IMG/VR virus record: IMGVR_UViG_3300029305_011318
Length of the DNA stretch: 39,063 nt
Strand: one strand, 5' to 3'
From: a virus
Taxonomy: Duplodnaviria; Heunggongvirae; Uroviricota; Caudoviricetes
Shown here: positions 1 to 10,933 of the stretch, piece after piece
Position numbering within the stretch: the stretch's first letter is position 1
Layout of the letters: each line of letters opens with the position of its first letter
The notes under the pieces: generated by a model
Seen by the model: only the letters and a program-made list of their open reading frames with translations
Database searches by the model: none
Told to the model about the DNA's origin: nothing
Made by a program: the position numbers and the translations under genes

Positions 1-45
1 ATGATGATAAATGTGTATAATACACAAATAAAGAGAGGAAAGAAT

Positions 46-1038
46 ATGACAGAAAAAAGTTATTGTATTTTATCAATTCAAAAAGTTAAATCATTTAATA
101 GTTTAAATGAACGACATTTGCATAATTTTCGAAAAATACCAACTATTAATGCTGAAGATTTTTCACAAAATGAAGAATTAATTGATAAAACAGGTATGGA
201 TTATAAAACACTTTGGTATAACCGTTTGCAACAAGAAAAATTATTACAAGGAAAAGAAGTTGCGGTTCGCAAAAATTCAGTATTAGCATATGAAATAGTT
301 ACAACATTTTCTAGAAATGCAGATATTGATATTGAAAAATGGAAACAACAAAATATTAAATGGATGCAACAAACATTTGGACCCGAAAATGTTATTTCTA
401 TGCAATATCATGGCGATGAAGCAACCCCTCATATTCATACAATTATTGTGCCTATAGATGAACGTGGTCATTTGTGTGCACGAAATTTTACTGGTGGTCG
501 TAAACAAATCATGGAGTTACATGATTCTTATAGTAAAGCAATGGAACCATTAGGTTTAAAACGTGGAGAACGTTTATCAAAAACAAAGAAAAATGATTTA
601 AAGCGATTTTATAAACAAATCAATGAGGCTATAGAGACAAAAGTACCGGAATTAGAACATGGTGAAACCGTAGATAGTTATGTACATAGAGTAAACGAAT
701 TTGTCCAAAATAGAGAACTTTATTTTGTACATGAAAAGTTAGTTATGCAACGCAAATTAGAACTTGAAAAAACTAAATTTATACAATTTTATAATCATTA
801 TAAAGAAGCAATAATTTTACAAAATGATATTGAAAAAAATATGTATGGTGATAAGAAATTAATACAAGAACGATTACAAACATATCGTAAAATAGAACAT
901 TCTGTACCCAGAAAAAAATTAGCAATTTTTTTGGAAAATTTAAAACAAAAATTTCCATTACAAGAAAATATTCGTTTTTGGGAATCAAAAAAGAAAAAGA
1001 AAAAATATCAAGAAAATAAAATGGAGCAAGATTTATAA
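46..1038 (+). CDS. mobV: MOBV/Pre (MobM-like) plasmid recombination enzyme/relaxase
   Basis: N-terminal SYCILSIQKVK...RHLHNFR and the HGDEATPHIH (HxDExxPHxH) motif. RBS AGAGGA precedes the ATG at 46. Confidence 0.88.
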   Translation: MTEKSYCILSIQKVKSFNSLNERHLHNFRKIPTINAEDFSQNEELIDKTGMDYKTLWYNRLQQEKLLQGKEVAVRKNSVLAYEIVTTFSRNADIDIEKWKQQNIKWMQQTFGPENVISMQYHGDEATPHIHTIIVPIDERGHLCARNFTGGRKQIMELHDSYSKAMEPLGLKRGERLSKTKKNDLKRFYKQINEAIETKVPELEHGETVDSYVHRVNEFVQNRELYFVHEKLVMQRKLELEKTKFIQFYNHYKEAIILQNDIEKNMYGDKKLIQERLQTYRKIEHSVPRKKLAIFLENLKQKFPLQENIRFWESKKKKKKYQENKMEQDL

Positions 1039-1069
1039 AAAGAGGAACTAATTTATAGTTCCTCTTTTT
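1037..1069. terminator. Bidirectional intrinsic terminator
   Basis: AAAAGAGGAACTA-ATTTA-TAGTTCCTCTTTT between convergent genes. Confidence 0.85.
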
Positions 1070-1070
1070 A

Positions 1071-2294
1071 TTATTCTTCTTCAACTGTTTCGGTTTCTTC
1101 TGCTACTTTTTCTTCAGTTTGAACTGGTTTATCAGCTAAAAAAATATAAGAAGTATCAATAACAATTGCTTTATTTAATTTAATAGATTCTTCTGTTGGA
1201 TTACCAACTACGATGGAAATTTCAATTGGCGCATAACCTTTAATTGCCTCTGTTAATGTCATGGTAATGGTATATTTTCCATTTGGTTCAAGTATAATGT
1301 CGTCTTCTACATCTTTATAACTTGGTTCCCAATAAAATGTACCTAACATACTTTCTTCAAAAATAGTTAAAACATTTTCCCATGTTAAATCTCTATTTGA
1401 AAAATCCCATTCTAAATCCATGTAACAGAATTTATTATTTCTAATAGATGCAGCTTTATGGTCAGATGCCGTATATACTTTATATTCGTGTGATTCCGGA
1501 TAATTAATAGCGGATACTTTACCTAATTCAGAATCAATCATGATAGTATATTCACTTGGACATAAACTAACTAAAAAATCATCTCCGGTAATACTTGTAT
1601 AGTCTGTATTAAACCAAATATCTTCCGGAATCATATAAGTCATATAAATATATTTCCCACTGGTATTTTCGGAAACATATTCTAAGCAGTATCCTTCCAT
1701 AAATTCTTGTACTTCGTCATATGTCATATCAATCGTTTTTGATGACATACCACCAAATAAAAATACATTATTTTTTATCCATTCTTCATCAAAAAATTTA
1801 AAATTTACAACAGTACAATCACTTAACGCTCTTGTTTTTCCATCTAAATATAAATTCATTGCTTCAACAGTAAAATAAGTATCTCCATTATATAAAATTT
1901 TAAGTGGAACCTTTTCATCCGGTGTAATTAATTTATCCGGATTATAATCATAAGTCCATTCAATTTTACTGTCTGCAATAATTTCCATTATTTCTTTTAA
2001 TGGACCGCCTGGAGACATAATCATATCACCAATTTGTACAATACTTTCTTTTGTTGGATTAGTATTCATAATTGTACTGGTTGGTTCATATTCGTGTGGA
2101 ATTAGTGGTTTTTCTTCGGGTACATCCACTACAATCTCTTCTACTGCAGTTTCTTCTACTGTAGTTTCTTCTACTACTTCTTCAGTAAAACCCATTTCCT
2201 CTAAATCTTCTTGTACTCTTGATGTATTACCACATCCAGATAACATCCCAAAAACCATAATACCTACTAATAAGGATGTAATAGTTTTTTTCAT
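1071..2294 (-). CDS. Acidic lipoprotein of unknown function
   Basis: Signal peptide with lipobox LSG-C; Glu/Thr-rich linker; RBS AAGGAG. Confidence 0.8.
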   Translation of the reverse strand: MKKTITSLLVGIMVFGMLSGCGNTSRVQEDLEEMGFTEEVVEETTVEETAVEEIVVDVPEEKPLIPHEYEPTSTIMNTNPTKESIVQIGDMIMSPGGPLKEIMEIIADSKIEWTYDYNPDKLITPDEKVPLKILYNGDTYFTVEAMNLYLDGKTRALSDCTVVNFKFFDEEWIKNNVFLFGGMSSKTIDMTYDEVQEFMEGYCLEYVSENTSGKYIYMTYMIPEDIWFNTDYTSITGDDFLVSLCPSEYTIMIDSELGKVSAINYPESHEYKVYTASDHKAASIRNNKFCYMDLEWDFSNRDLTWENVLTIFEESMLGTFYWEPSYKDVEDDIILEPNGKYTITMTLTEAIKGYAPIEISIVVGNPTEESIKLNKAIVIDTSYIFLADKPVQTEEKVAEETETVEEE

Positions 2295-2343
2295 AAATGT
2301 GTAACTCTCCTTTAATTTTTATTTTGAGAAATATCTCTATGTA

Positions 2344-2368
2344 TATATGTATAAAATTTTGCTGAAAA
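2344..2368 (-). promoter_or_regulatory. Copy of recurrent promoter-like motif (variant)
   Basis: Minus strand TTTTCAGCAAAATTTTATACATATA, between a terminator and the lipoprotein RBS. Confidence 0.55.
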
Positions 2369-2391
2369 ATAAATAAAATGCATAATTTTAT

Positions 2392-2422
2392 AAAAAAAGA
2401 GAGAAGACTTTTATCTTCTCTC
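2392..2422 (-). terminator. Intrinsic terminator
   Basis: GAGAGAAGA/TCTTCTCTC stem followed by a U-tract on the minus strand. Confidence 0.8.
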
Positions 2423-2465
2423 CGTTTGTTTTGCAAAATCCACATAAAAAATAGCGACTTTGTAT

Positions 2466-5207
2466 TTAGTATATACCTGTTGGAATGTGTGCCCAATTTT
2501 TAATATAAATAGATTGTTTACTGTTATTATTGTCAGTAATTGAATATAATACATGACCATCACTATCACGTAAATACACATAAGCTACTAGAGTATCACC
2601 AAAAGATAAATTCCGGCTATCAAAAATAAAAGGAATGGTTAAAATTGTTTTATTATCTTTTTTAATAAAATCAATAGATTGTTCTATTTTTTTACCTTTA
2701 TTGTCAATATAAATTTCGCCGGTTTTTATATCTCTTAAAATACAAGTTAAAGTATATGTTTTTCCTGTAGTCCCATATCCATTAATCGTATATTTTGTTG
2801 TAATTCGAGTCGATGACGACGGCTTTGTTAAAATATTGCCATTAGTAGCAATAACTTCGCTCTTAAATGTTTTTATCGCATTTAATTTTGTATGCTTTAA
2901 AAGCGATGGTAAAGGTTTTTTTGCAATTACCGGGCGTACAGGTAAAATTTTTAAAGATTTAATTGGTTCCCATTTTGCATATAAGGTCATATCTTCTGTA
3001 CATTTATTTTTATTAAAATCCCATTGATTTTGCACACAACTTTTATCTGTGTACCATCCTTTAAATATATATCCTTTTTTAGTCGGATTGGATGGTTGCT
3101 TTATTAATTCATTGTACGGAACAGATTGATTTATAATGAATGTTCCTCCATTAGAATTAAAATTAACAATTTGTAAATTTCCTTCAAATAATCCATAAAC
3201 TGTAGTGTTTTCTAAAATCGGTTTGGTAAAATTAAATTTTTCAGAATAAGTAGTATCTGTGTACCAATCTTTAAATGTATAATGTTTAACAGACATAACG
3301 GTAGGTTCAGATATTGTATTGCCTTCTTTTATGTGAATTGGGTCAATAGTAATTAAATTATTTGTATCAAATGTAACTTCATAATAATGTGTCCATTTTG
3401 CATATAAAGTTATATCTTTCGAAATTGTATAAGGGTATTCTAGTGGTTGTGTATATTCAGCATCGAAATACCAACCAAAAAATGTTGCATTTTCTTTTGC
3501 CGGTTTTGGAATGAGAATATTTGTTTCTTCATTGTCATGAAGCACATATCCATTAGGAAATATTAATGGAGTAAATTCATTCCCTCCACAAGTATTAAGT
3601 GTAATGGTACGTTTTTCATCAAATTTAGCAATTAATGTAATATCATCTAAGACTGGGAAAAATGAAAAATACCACGGATTTAATTTATTCATATTTTCTG
3701 GACTTGGGTATCCTTCTTCTTCTATCCATTCTGTATATGTTGGATGGGTAAAATCAAAATACCAATCAGAAAATAATGTATTTTCATTTTGATATGGTGT
3801 AGTCGGTATTTGAATTAAACTTCCATGATAAACTTCTTGTGGTAAAATTTCATTTCCATTTATGTCTTTTAATAAATTTCCATTTTTATCTGTAAATGTA
3901 ACAGTGTGTGTATTGGTCGTTGTTGTTTTCAATTCAACAAAATTTATAGTATTTAAATTTGAAACAATTGAAAAATTATTATATTTAATTGTGTCCCCTA
4001 ATATTTGTTTGCCAACTGTAATACCTGTTGGTAGTGTTGAATCATTTGAATGTTTATCAATAAACTCATTTGCAGATAAAATTGAAGTAACTACTACATT
4101 TTCTGTAAAGTATTCTTCTGGAATTTTCGTTATGGATAAATTGTTTTCAGTGCTAATTTCTTTATAAGCAATATTAGAATGAAAATCACTCGTATAAGAA
4201 TTATCATCTAAATAAGCCATATCGGTACTAGTTAAACTATCATTTGTGTTTATACCAAAAGGGGATGAAAACATATATATAAGATTATCATTTTCATCAA
4301 TAGTATATAAAATTACCCCATCGACAGTATCATTATTACAATTATATGTATTATAAATTAAAGCTCCCGGAGCTAATATTGTGCCTTCTGTTAATTCGTT
4401 TGCATTAATAGAAGTCACTACAGATTCGTTTTTAGTTTTTAAAATTGGAACGATTGGAATTTCCACAAATGTACATCCAAACGCTTCATAAGTTAACCAT
4501 GTTGGATTTGGTAAAGTAGAAGATAAAATATGACTTGTATCTTTTACACCGGCATACCAATTATCTATAATTTTATCATCTACTACAATCGGTTGCGAAT
4601 TTTGATAAATAGTGTCATTTATATGACTATCCATTTTTGTAAATTGTTTAATTTTATATATGCCGGTAGTATGGTCTAATATAATAGCATTAGAATTTAT
4701 AAGACTATCTTTAATATAATTTTCAATATTTTTTACTGTATCATAAGAATATGTATCGTTTGTGGCTGTAACAATATTTTTGGGTATATTATCTAATGCA
4801 TTTGTTAATTCGTACCAACCTAATGATTTTAAATCTTGAACAAATGCTCCAATTTCATTATTTTCATAGGGAAAAGGAGCATTTCCCCATTCAGTAGATA
4901 ATGACACGGAAAAACATTGTATCATTTGTATCCATTTTGAAAAATATGAAACATTGTCTTGTGCATAATGAGGTATATATATAACACCATCATGTAATGT
5001 TATACCACTTGTCTCTACATTAAACCCATATAAAGGAGAATATTTATCATTATTTAAATTTAAATAAAAAGCTTCTTTATTTGGAATTGTAGATGCAGAA
5101 ACTGAAAGACAATTATTAATAAATAAAAGACAAATTAAAATTAATATTAAACAACGTTTCATTTTTAATAATTTATTTTTCATTGATAACCTCGTTAATT
5201 CTTTCAT
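2466..5207 (-). CDS. Secreted/surface protein with Listeria-Bacteroides (InlB B-type) repeats and a C-terminal VaFE-like Ig domain; ends in IPTG
   Basis: Signal peptide; several 'P.K.GY.F.GWY.D...T.YAKW' repeats; C-terminus HIPTGIY; adjacent to a sortase gene. Confidence 0.75.
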   Translation of the reverse strand: MKELTRLSMKNKLLKMKRCLILILICLLFINNCLSVSASTIPNKEAFYLNLNNDKYSPLYGFNVETSGITLHDGVIYIPHYAQDNVSYFSKWIQMIQCFSVSLSTEWGNAPFPYENNEIGAFVQDLKSLGWYELTNALDNIPKNIVTATNDTYSYDTVKNIENYIKDSLINSNAIILDHTTGIYKIKQFTKMDSHINDTIYQNSQPIVVDDKIIDNWYAGVKDTSHILSSTLPNPTWLTYEAFGCTFVEIPIVPILKTKNESVVTSINANELTEGTILAPGALIYNTYNCNNDTVDGVILYTIDENDNLIYMFSSPFGINTNDSLTSTDMAYLDDNSYTSDFHSNIAYKEISTENNLSITKIPEEYFTENVVVTSILSANEFIDKHSNDSTLPTGITVGKQILGDTIKYNNFSIVSNLNTINFVELKTTTTNTHTVTFTDKNGNLLKDINGNEILPQEVYHGSLIQIPTTPYQNENTLFSDWYFDFTHPTYTEWIEEEGYPSPENMNKLNPWYFSFFPVLDDITLIAKFDEKRTITLNTCGGNEFTPLIFPNGYVLHDNEETNILIPKPAKENATFFGWYFDAEYTQPLEYPYTISKDITLYAKWTHYYEVTFDTNNLITIDPIHIKEGNTISEPTVMSVKHYTFKDWYTDTTYSEKFNFTKPILENTTVYGLFEGNLQIVNFNSNGGTFIINQSVPYNELIKQPSNPTKKGYIFKGWYTDKSCVQNQWDFNKNKCTEDMTLYAKWEPIKSLKILPVRPVIAKKPLPSLLKHTKLNAIKTFKSEVIATNGNILTKPSSSTRITTKYTINGYGTTGKTYTLTCILRDIKTGEIYIDNKGKKIEQSIDFIKKDNKTILTIPFIFDSRNLSFGDTLVAYVYLRDSDGHVLYSITDNNNSKQSIYIKNWAHIPTGIY

Positions 5208-5999
5208 TTAATAAGTTTCTTCAATATCTTTTTCATAGATTAAATATAACCGGTTTGGAGCACTTACATCTTTTCCGTTACATGTTGATAAAACTAACAT
5301 ATTTTTGTTAGGATTATATTTATCTTGTAATTTAACTACACTAGTAGTATCTATATTGTCTAGTAAATAAGTCCAATCAGAAGTGCCTTTAATATATGGT
5401 GTGTAATATATAAAATCTGTTTCAAAACCATTATTTACACTATATAATTTATATCTGGTTACAGTATCTTTTGTATAAAAATATGCATAAGGATGCTGTT
5501 TAGCATAAGATTGTTTTTCAAATTTAGATAATGGTCCAAAGTATAAATCATGATTTTTTAAACTATGGCCATAAATAATTATATGGTCATCTTTTATATC
5601 TCCTAAATTATGTACAAATAAACTACCCATTTCAGAATCATCTCCATATGGGGTTTTATTAAGGTATTTTAATGCATCATCTTCTGGCCCTTGCATAACA
5701 ATATAATCAATGTTTGTATCTGGAATAAATAACCATCCATAACAATCTTTTTCATTAATTACTTTTTCAACTATTTCAAAATTAATTTTTTCATTAATAT
5801 TATTATCATTAATTGGTTCTGATATATCTATATTTTCATTAGGTAATATTATATTAGAAACATCATTGGCTAATTGTTTATTGTCTTCCTTAACAATATT
5901 TGCTTGTAAATGTTTTTCTGATGTATGGAAAAATAAAAAATATCCGACAATTAATATACTAATAATACTAACGATAAGAGCGATAATTTTTTTATTCAT
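5208..5999 (-). CDS. srtB: Class B sortase
   Basis: N-terminal TM anchor, WLFIPDTNIDY..MQG, IIIYGH, LVLSTC and a downstream catalytic Arg. Confidence 0.88.
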   Translation of the reverse strand: MNKKIIALIVSIISILIVGYFLFFHTSEKHLQANIVKEDNKQLANDVSNIILPNENIDISEPINDNNINEKINFEIVEKVINEKDCYGWLFIPDTNIDYIVMQGPEDDALKYLNKTPYGDDSEMGSLFVHNLGDIKDDHIIIYGHSLKNHDLYFGPLSKFEKQSYAKQHPYAYFYTKDTVTRYKLYSVNNGFETDFIYYTPYIKGTSDWTYLLDNIDTTSVVKLQDKYNPNKNMLVLSTCNGKDVSAPNRLYLIYEKDIEETY

Positions 6000-6011
6000 T
6001 GGTTATTTCCT

Positions 6012-6800
6012 TTATTCGTATAATTTAATATTTTGGTATAAGGATAATGGAGTAATAACATCTGCATGTTCTAAATGATAAACATACTGTGAAGATGTAA
6101 TATGAGAAATTTCCCCAAAATCATATAAAGAATATAATTCTTTTGATAATTGTAATAATACAATGTATTTATTATTTTGTTTTATAAAACAATTATTTGG
6201 ATGATAAATGTTTGACAGTATGGATGCAATTTGTAATACTTCTTGAAAAGAATTACAAATAATTTGAATATAATGGTTTGTTGAAATATTTTGGTGATTA
6301 GTTTTTTCTGTTGTGACATTCTGATTATCTAAATTTTCAAAAACACCACTTTCTGTTATTAATTCCCAAAATTCTGTTGATGACGGGTCTACATCTTTTA
6401 ACGTATAAATAAGAGTCACAAAATCATCAAACGCTGTGGATAATGAAATTTCTGATGTATGTGGTAATGAATTTTTAATTGAATTTATTGTTTTATTAAT
6501 TAGTGTAATAAATTCTTGTTTGTCAAAAGTACAATTTGCAATATAAATAAAAATTGTAGAATCTATGGCATACATATAATATGTCGTATACATAGAAGAA
6601 AATGACAAATAAGATTCATTATACAAATATTCCACTATACCATTTAATAAAATTCCTATTAATTCATTATTATGTTTTTTGTTCGGGTCTAAAAATTGTA
6701 TTGTAGAAAATAATAATTCGTCCGCATATTTATCAATACGAACAACGCTTCCTAATACTTGTTTATTATGTTTTTGCATAGTTAGATTAATGAGTTTCAT
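6012..6800 (-). CDS. Hypothetical protein; C-terminus resembles the MecA adaptor domain
   Basis: SFQEVLQIASIL...KYIVLL...LYDFGE...HLEHADVI resembles the MecA C-terminal pattern (by eye only). Confidence 0.45.
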   Translation of the reverse strand: MKLINLTMQKHNKQVLGSVVRIDKYADELLFSTIQFLDPNKKHNNELIGILLNGIVEYLYNESYLSFSSMYTTYYMYAIDSTIFIYIANCTFDKQEFITLINKTINSIKNSLPHTSEISLSTAFDDFVTLIYTLKDVDPSSTEFWELITESGVFENLDNQNVTTEKTNHQNISTNHYIQIICNSFQEVLQIASILSNIYHPNNCFIKQNNKYIVLLQLSKELYSLYDFGEISHITSSQYVYHLEHADVITPLSLYQNIKLYE

Positions 6801-8432
6801 GAATTTATTTCTAGTCCTTCGTATTCTCTTGTATCTTGAATATCATAAACTTCATCAGCAATAAATTGTGGAGTTTCAATACCTCTAAAAACATTTCCTC
6901 CAATATGTCCTTTCATACCAAAATGTTCTGGATTAGAAAGTTCATTCGGAATATGATTAAAATGCATAATTTTATATCTATCTGCATTAATAGCTAAATG
7001 ATTTTTATTATTCCCAATATAAGTGAATTTATCTGTTTCAGAATCTACTTCTAATTTAAACTCTGGGGTAGAGTTTCCTTGTCCAAATGGTCTAAATTTA
7101 TTTAATATATTGTAAATTCCTGGAATTTCCCATGAATTAATATCCATTGAAATTAAAGTATTATCAATTTCATTTTCAATTTGAGATAAAGGGATTTGAT
7201 ATGTTTTTGCTTTTTCAAATTTATCTAGTGATAACGATAAGCCAGCGGCACCTTTATGACCACCCATTTTTGTAAAAATATCATCCGGTAAATTACTTAG
7301 ATATTCAAATAAATTAAAAGTTCCATAACTTCTTCCAGAACCTTTTACCATTCCAGGTTGTTGTTCAATATCTGTTACAATAATAGCCGGTCTTTGATAT
7401 TGTTCTGCTATTCTACCTGCAATAATTCCAACAATACCTTCATGTAAGTTTGGTGCATATACCCATAAAGGACATTCATTTTCTTGGTGATTATTTATAA
7501 TAATTTGATTTACTAATGCAGTTTCTTCTTCCGCTAATTGTTTGCGTCTTTCATTTATTTGTATGATGTGTTCTGCACCTTCTTGTGTTGGATTATATAA
7601 ATAACGTAATACATTTGCCGCACCATTATCTTGTAAGCGTCCTGGGGCATTAAATGCTGGACCTAAATAAAAACCAAAACTATCTTCATTACAAAATGTA
7701 GCATCTTGATTCATAGAATTTAATAGCATGGTTAAGGCTTTGGGTGCTTTATTTTCTTTGAATAATTTAAGAGCGTTGCGAACAAGTCCCCAATTACCTT
7801 CTTTTAATTCCATAACATCAGCTACGGTTGCTAAAGCTGCATATGTAGATAGTTCTTGAGATAATGATTCCGAAATAATAGGTTCGCATAATTTATACAC
7901 CACTCCTGCCCCACACCAATATCTTCCCGTTAATGGGTTTGGAATGCTTTCAACCGCCGGGTCAATTAACATATCTGCCTCTGGTAATGCTATTCCTTCT
8001 TTTGCTTCATGATGGTCAGTTACTAAAACAGTAAACCCGGCATTTTTAATTCTTTTAATAACTTCTCCGGCTGCAATTCCATTATCTACTGTAATGACAA
8101 CGGTTCCTTTTGGCATAGTAGTTATAATTTCATCGGCTATTGCGTGATTAATCCCATATCCTTCTGAAAAACGTCTTGGAATACGTACTTTAATTTTTTT
8201 CTCTGGAAAAATAGAATGAATTGATTGACTTAATTCATGTGAAGCACAAATACCATCTACATCATAATCGCCTATAATCACAATTGCTGATGCAGATTTA
8301 ATAAAAATTCCAAAATTTATTTACCACTTGACCATCTGCAGGATATGTGTCAGTTTCCCATGCTTGAAGCATTTCGTCTGTGCTACCAAAACGTTCATGT
8401 ATAAATATTTCTAATTTCTTTTTATTGTCCAT
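6797..8432 (-). pseudogene. recJ: RecJ-like DHH ssDNA exonuclease interrupted by a +1 frameshift near 8310-8320
   Basis: GDYDVDG, TVDNG, TDHH, NAPGRL, KGSGRS and GGHKGAAG motifs. The N-terminal part (ATG 8432, RBS GAAAGGA) is in a different frame from ...NFGIFIKSASAIVIIGDYD. Confidence 0.8.
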
Positions 8433-8476
8433 AAAAATCCTTTCAAAATAAGTTGCGTATATATAGTATCTAATTA

Positions 8477-8500
8477 TATATGTGTAAAAACTTATCAAAA
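8477..8500 (-). promoter_or_regulatory. Copy of recurrent 24-bp promoter-like motif
   Basis: Minus strand TTTTGATAAGTTTTTACACATATA upstream of recJ. Confidence 0.6.
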
Positions 8501-8538
8501 ACGTAAAAAAGGACCACAAATTTGTAGTCCTCTTTTAT

Positions 8539-9471
8539 TTAAAATTTGATTTTGTGTGTTTTTTTATAAATAAAATAAATAATTCCTCCAATAATAACAA
8601 TAACCCAGGCAGTATAAGTATTAATAAACCAAATTATTTTTTCTAAAATTGTAGGTTTTGTTTCCACTATTTCTTCTAAAATAATTTCTGGTTCTGATTG
8701 AATCATATTTTCTACTTCAGTTGTTGAGATTATGTCTTGTTGTAATGCTGGTTTTTCTACAATAGTTACCGTCGGTTCATGTGATTTATCAATTGTTGTT
8801 TTTATATTATCATTACGTTGTTGGTGTTCTTTTGCCCATTTAATAAATTCTTGTTTGTTGTCTTCTATCCACTCTTCACTATCTGCATACATACCATATA
8901 AAATTATTTGTTCATCTTGAACTATAAATAATTCATTTTCGGTAAGTTTTTGATTAATTGTAAATTCAAAATTTTCATCTAATAAATAAGCATAACCAAA
9001 TCTATTTGCACAATTTTCATGATTATATAAAAGATATGTTCCATTTAATAAGTAGCCTTGTAATGTCCATAATTCACCATTCATAAATCCAGTATCTGCA
9101 GCAGTATCTCGATAGTTATATGGATTTAATAAAAATTGTATATTCATATATTGTGGAGTGTCTTCAAATACATCGTCTAAATAACGTCCTATTTTCATAA
9201 CATTTTCTATTGATAATGTATTACGACCTTTTTCTGTATAAAGATATACAATAATGCTACTATCAAATTTATTAGGATTTGTAGCATCTAAATATACACC
9301 CATTTCATCTCCATTTATATTTGTTTGATAATAAGATGTATATTCGGAATGAGAATCTGGATTAGAATCTACTAAAATAGTAGATGTTGGTATTTCTTCC
9401 GTGGCAAATACAGTAATTTGCGAAAATAATAAAAGAAAAACACTTAATAAAAGAATAAATTTATTTTTCAT
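8539..9471 (-). CDS. Secreted protein with C-terminal membrane anchor, function unknown
   Basis: Signal peptide ending in VFA; C-terminal hydrophobic helix followed by a basic tail. Confidence 0.75.
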   Translation of the reverse strand: MKNKFILLLSVFLLLFSQITVFATEEIPTSTILVDSNPDSHSEYTSYYQTNINGDEMGVYLDATNPNKFDSSIIVYLYTEKGRNTLSIENVMKIGRYLDDVFEDTPQYMNIQFLLNPYNYRDTAADTGFMNGELWTLQGYLLNGTYLLYNHENCANRFGYAYLLDENFEFTINQKLTENELFIVQDEQIILYGMYADSEEWIEDNKQEFIKWAKEHQQRNDNIKTTIDKSHEPTVTIVEKPALQQDIISTTEVENMIQSEPEIILEEIVETKPTILEKIIWFINTYTAWVIVIIGGIIYFIYKKTHKIKF

Positions 9472-9932
9472 AATGCCTCCTTATTATCTTCAATTTCATC
9501 AATATAGATTTCTAGCCCATTATTAAAAATAATTTTAGCGTATGACATATACTCTGATGAAGATGGTGGTAATATGGGGTTTAAATATGCTTTATATAAT
9601 TTTTCTCCTAATTTTAAAAGTTCTTTTTGATTGATAATTCTAAATGAATGAAATTGATGTATCTTTTCTTCATTATTCCATGAAGTAAATACAAAACTAT
9701 TATCTGTTTGTTTTGTATAACATTTTTTTATGTAAGATGATTGTATTCCTTCATAAACTTGATATTCTTTGATGGAATATAAAAATTCTAAAATTTTTGT
9801 TTCGTGTTGTTTTCGTTTATTTTTTTCATAAGAAAAAAACAAACCGGTTGTTAATAAAAAAATAAAATAAAAAATGGGTGATATTTTAGAATTACTAGAT
9901 AAATTATATTTTTGCATCGATTGTCCTTTCAT
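9468..9932 (-). CDS. Hypothetical membrane protein
   Basis: One N-terminal hydrophobic segment; 4-nt overlap with the next gene. Confidence 0.65.
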   Translation of the reverse strand: MKGQSMQKYNLSSNSKISPIFYFIFLLTTGLFFSYEKNKRKQHETKILEFLYSIKEYQVYEGIQSSYIKKCYTKQTDNSFVFTSWNNEEKIHQFHSFRIINQKELLKLGEKLYKAYLNPILPPSSSEYMSYAKIIFNNGLEIYIDEIEDNKEAL

Positions 9933-10127
9933 TTGTATATTTTAATAAAGAGATAGGATACTTAATAATATTGCTACTGTGAAGTATCCTATATCACTTA
10001 CTATGTTTATATGCCAACAATATTGTTATAAATCATCGGTTTTTACATTGTTTTTTATATTCACATTCTAAACAAGTAAGGTATAAGACATAATCCCCAG
10101 TTAAGGGGCATATTTTTGCTTTGAACA

Positions 10128-10919
10128 TCAGTTTAATATCCTTTTCAATGTATTAAATTTGCTTTTTAATACTTTATATATAGCATCTTTTCTGTCGTCA
10201 CCAAAACACATTTGTATTTGGAATGCCAAACTAGTATCTGCATCTGTAGCCCCTTTAATAGCTTCATATAAAAAGATAATATCTTTATCAATATCAAATG
10301 CCGTGGTATTAATATTCTCTAATGTGGTAATAAATTTTTCCGGAATATAACTTGGTTTTTTATTCATAATATCTGTTTGAGAATGTACACTTAAAGATTT
10401 AGTTTTTTTTGTTTTTACAACATAAGTAGATGTTTCTTTTTTAGGTTTAATTTCTTGTTTGGAAATTGTAGGTTGTTTTTTAATATCTGATTTTATGTTT
10501 GTATTTTCTGTATTAATATTTTCTGTTTTTGGTTTTCGTGTTCGTTTTACTGGTTGTTTGTCATTTTTATCATTAATAAAATGTGATTGTACAATAATTT
10601 GAGTTGTATTTTTTCCAATGTCAAATATTTTATCTTTTAAACAAGAAAATGTATCAGTCCGTGATAATATAAAATAAATACTGCCGTTATTTTCTTTACA
10701 CATTAAACCTAATGAAAAAGCTAAGGCTTCTTCTGAAATATCAGCATATATTATTTGTACGTTACAAGATAAAGTTTTAAAATGTGGATACAGGGCAATA
10801 GGCATTGTACCGTTTTTTTCAGTAATAAGATAAATAATATCCGTTTTATCTAAATTTTGTGCTTCTTTAAGTAATTCCTCCGTTAAGTGTGTTATTCGTG
10901 TCACATAAATATTTTTCAT
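10128..10919 (-). CDS. Hypothetical protein, possibly with a degenerate PIN-like N-terminal domain
   Basis: Long ORF with RBS AAGGAG. ALAFSLGLM...YFILSRTDTF loosely resembles PIN-like families. Confidence 0.6.
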   Translation of the reverse strand: MKNIYVTRITHLTEELLKEAQNLDKTDIIYLITEKNGTMPIALYPHFKTLSCNVQIIYADISEEALAFSLGLMCKENNGSIYFILSRTDTFSCLKDKIFDIGKNTTQIIVQSHFINDKNDKQPVKRTRKPKTENINTENTNIKSDIKKQPTISKQEIKPKKETSTYVVKTKKTKSLSVHSQTDIMNKKPSYIPEKFITTLENINTTAFDIDKDIIFLYEAIKGATDADTSLAFQIQMCFGDDRKDAIYKVLKSKFNTLKRILN

Positions 10920-10933
10920 GACAATCTCCTTTT

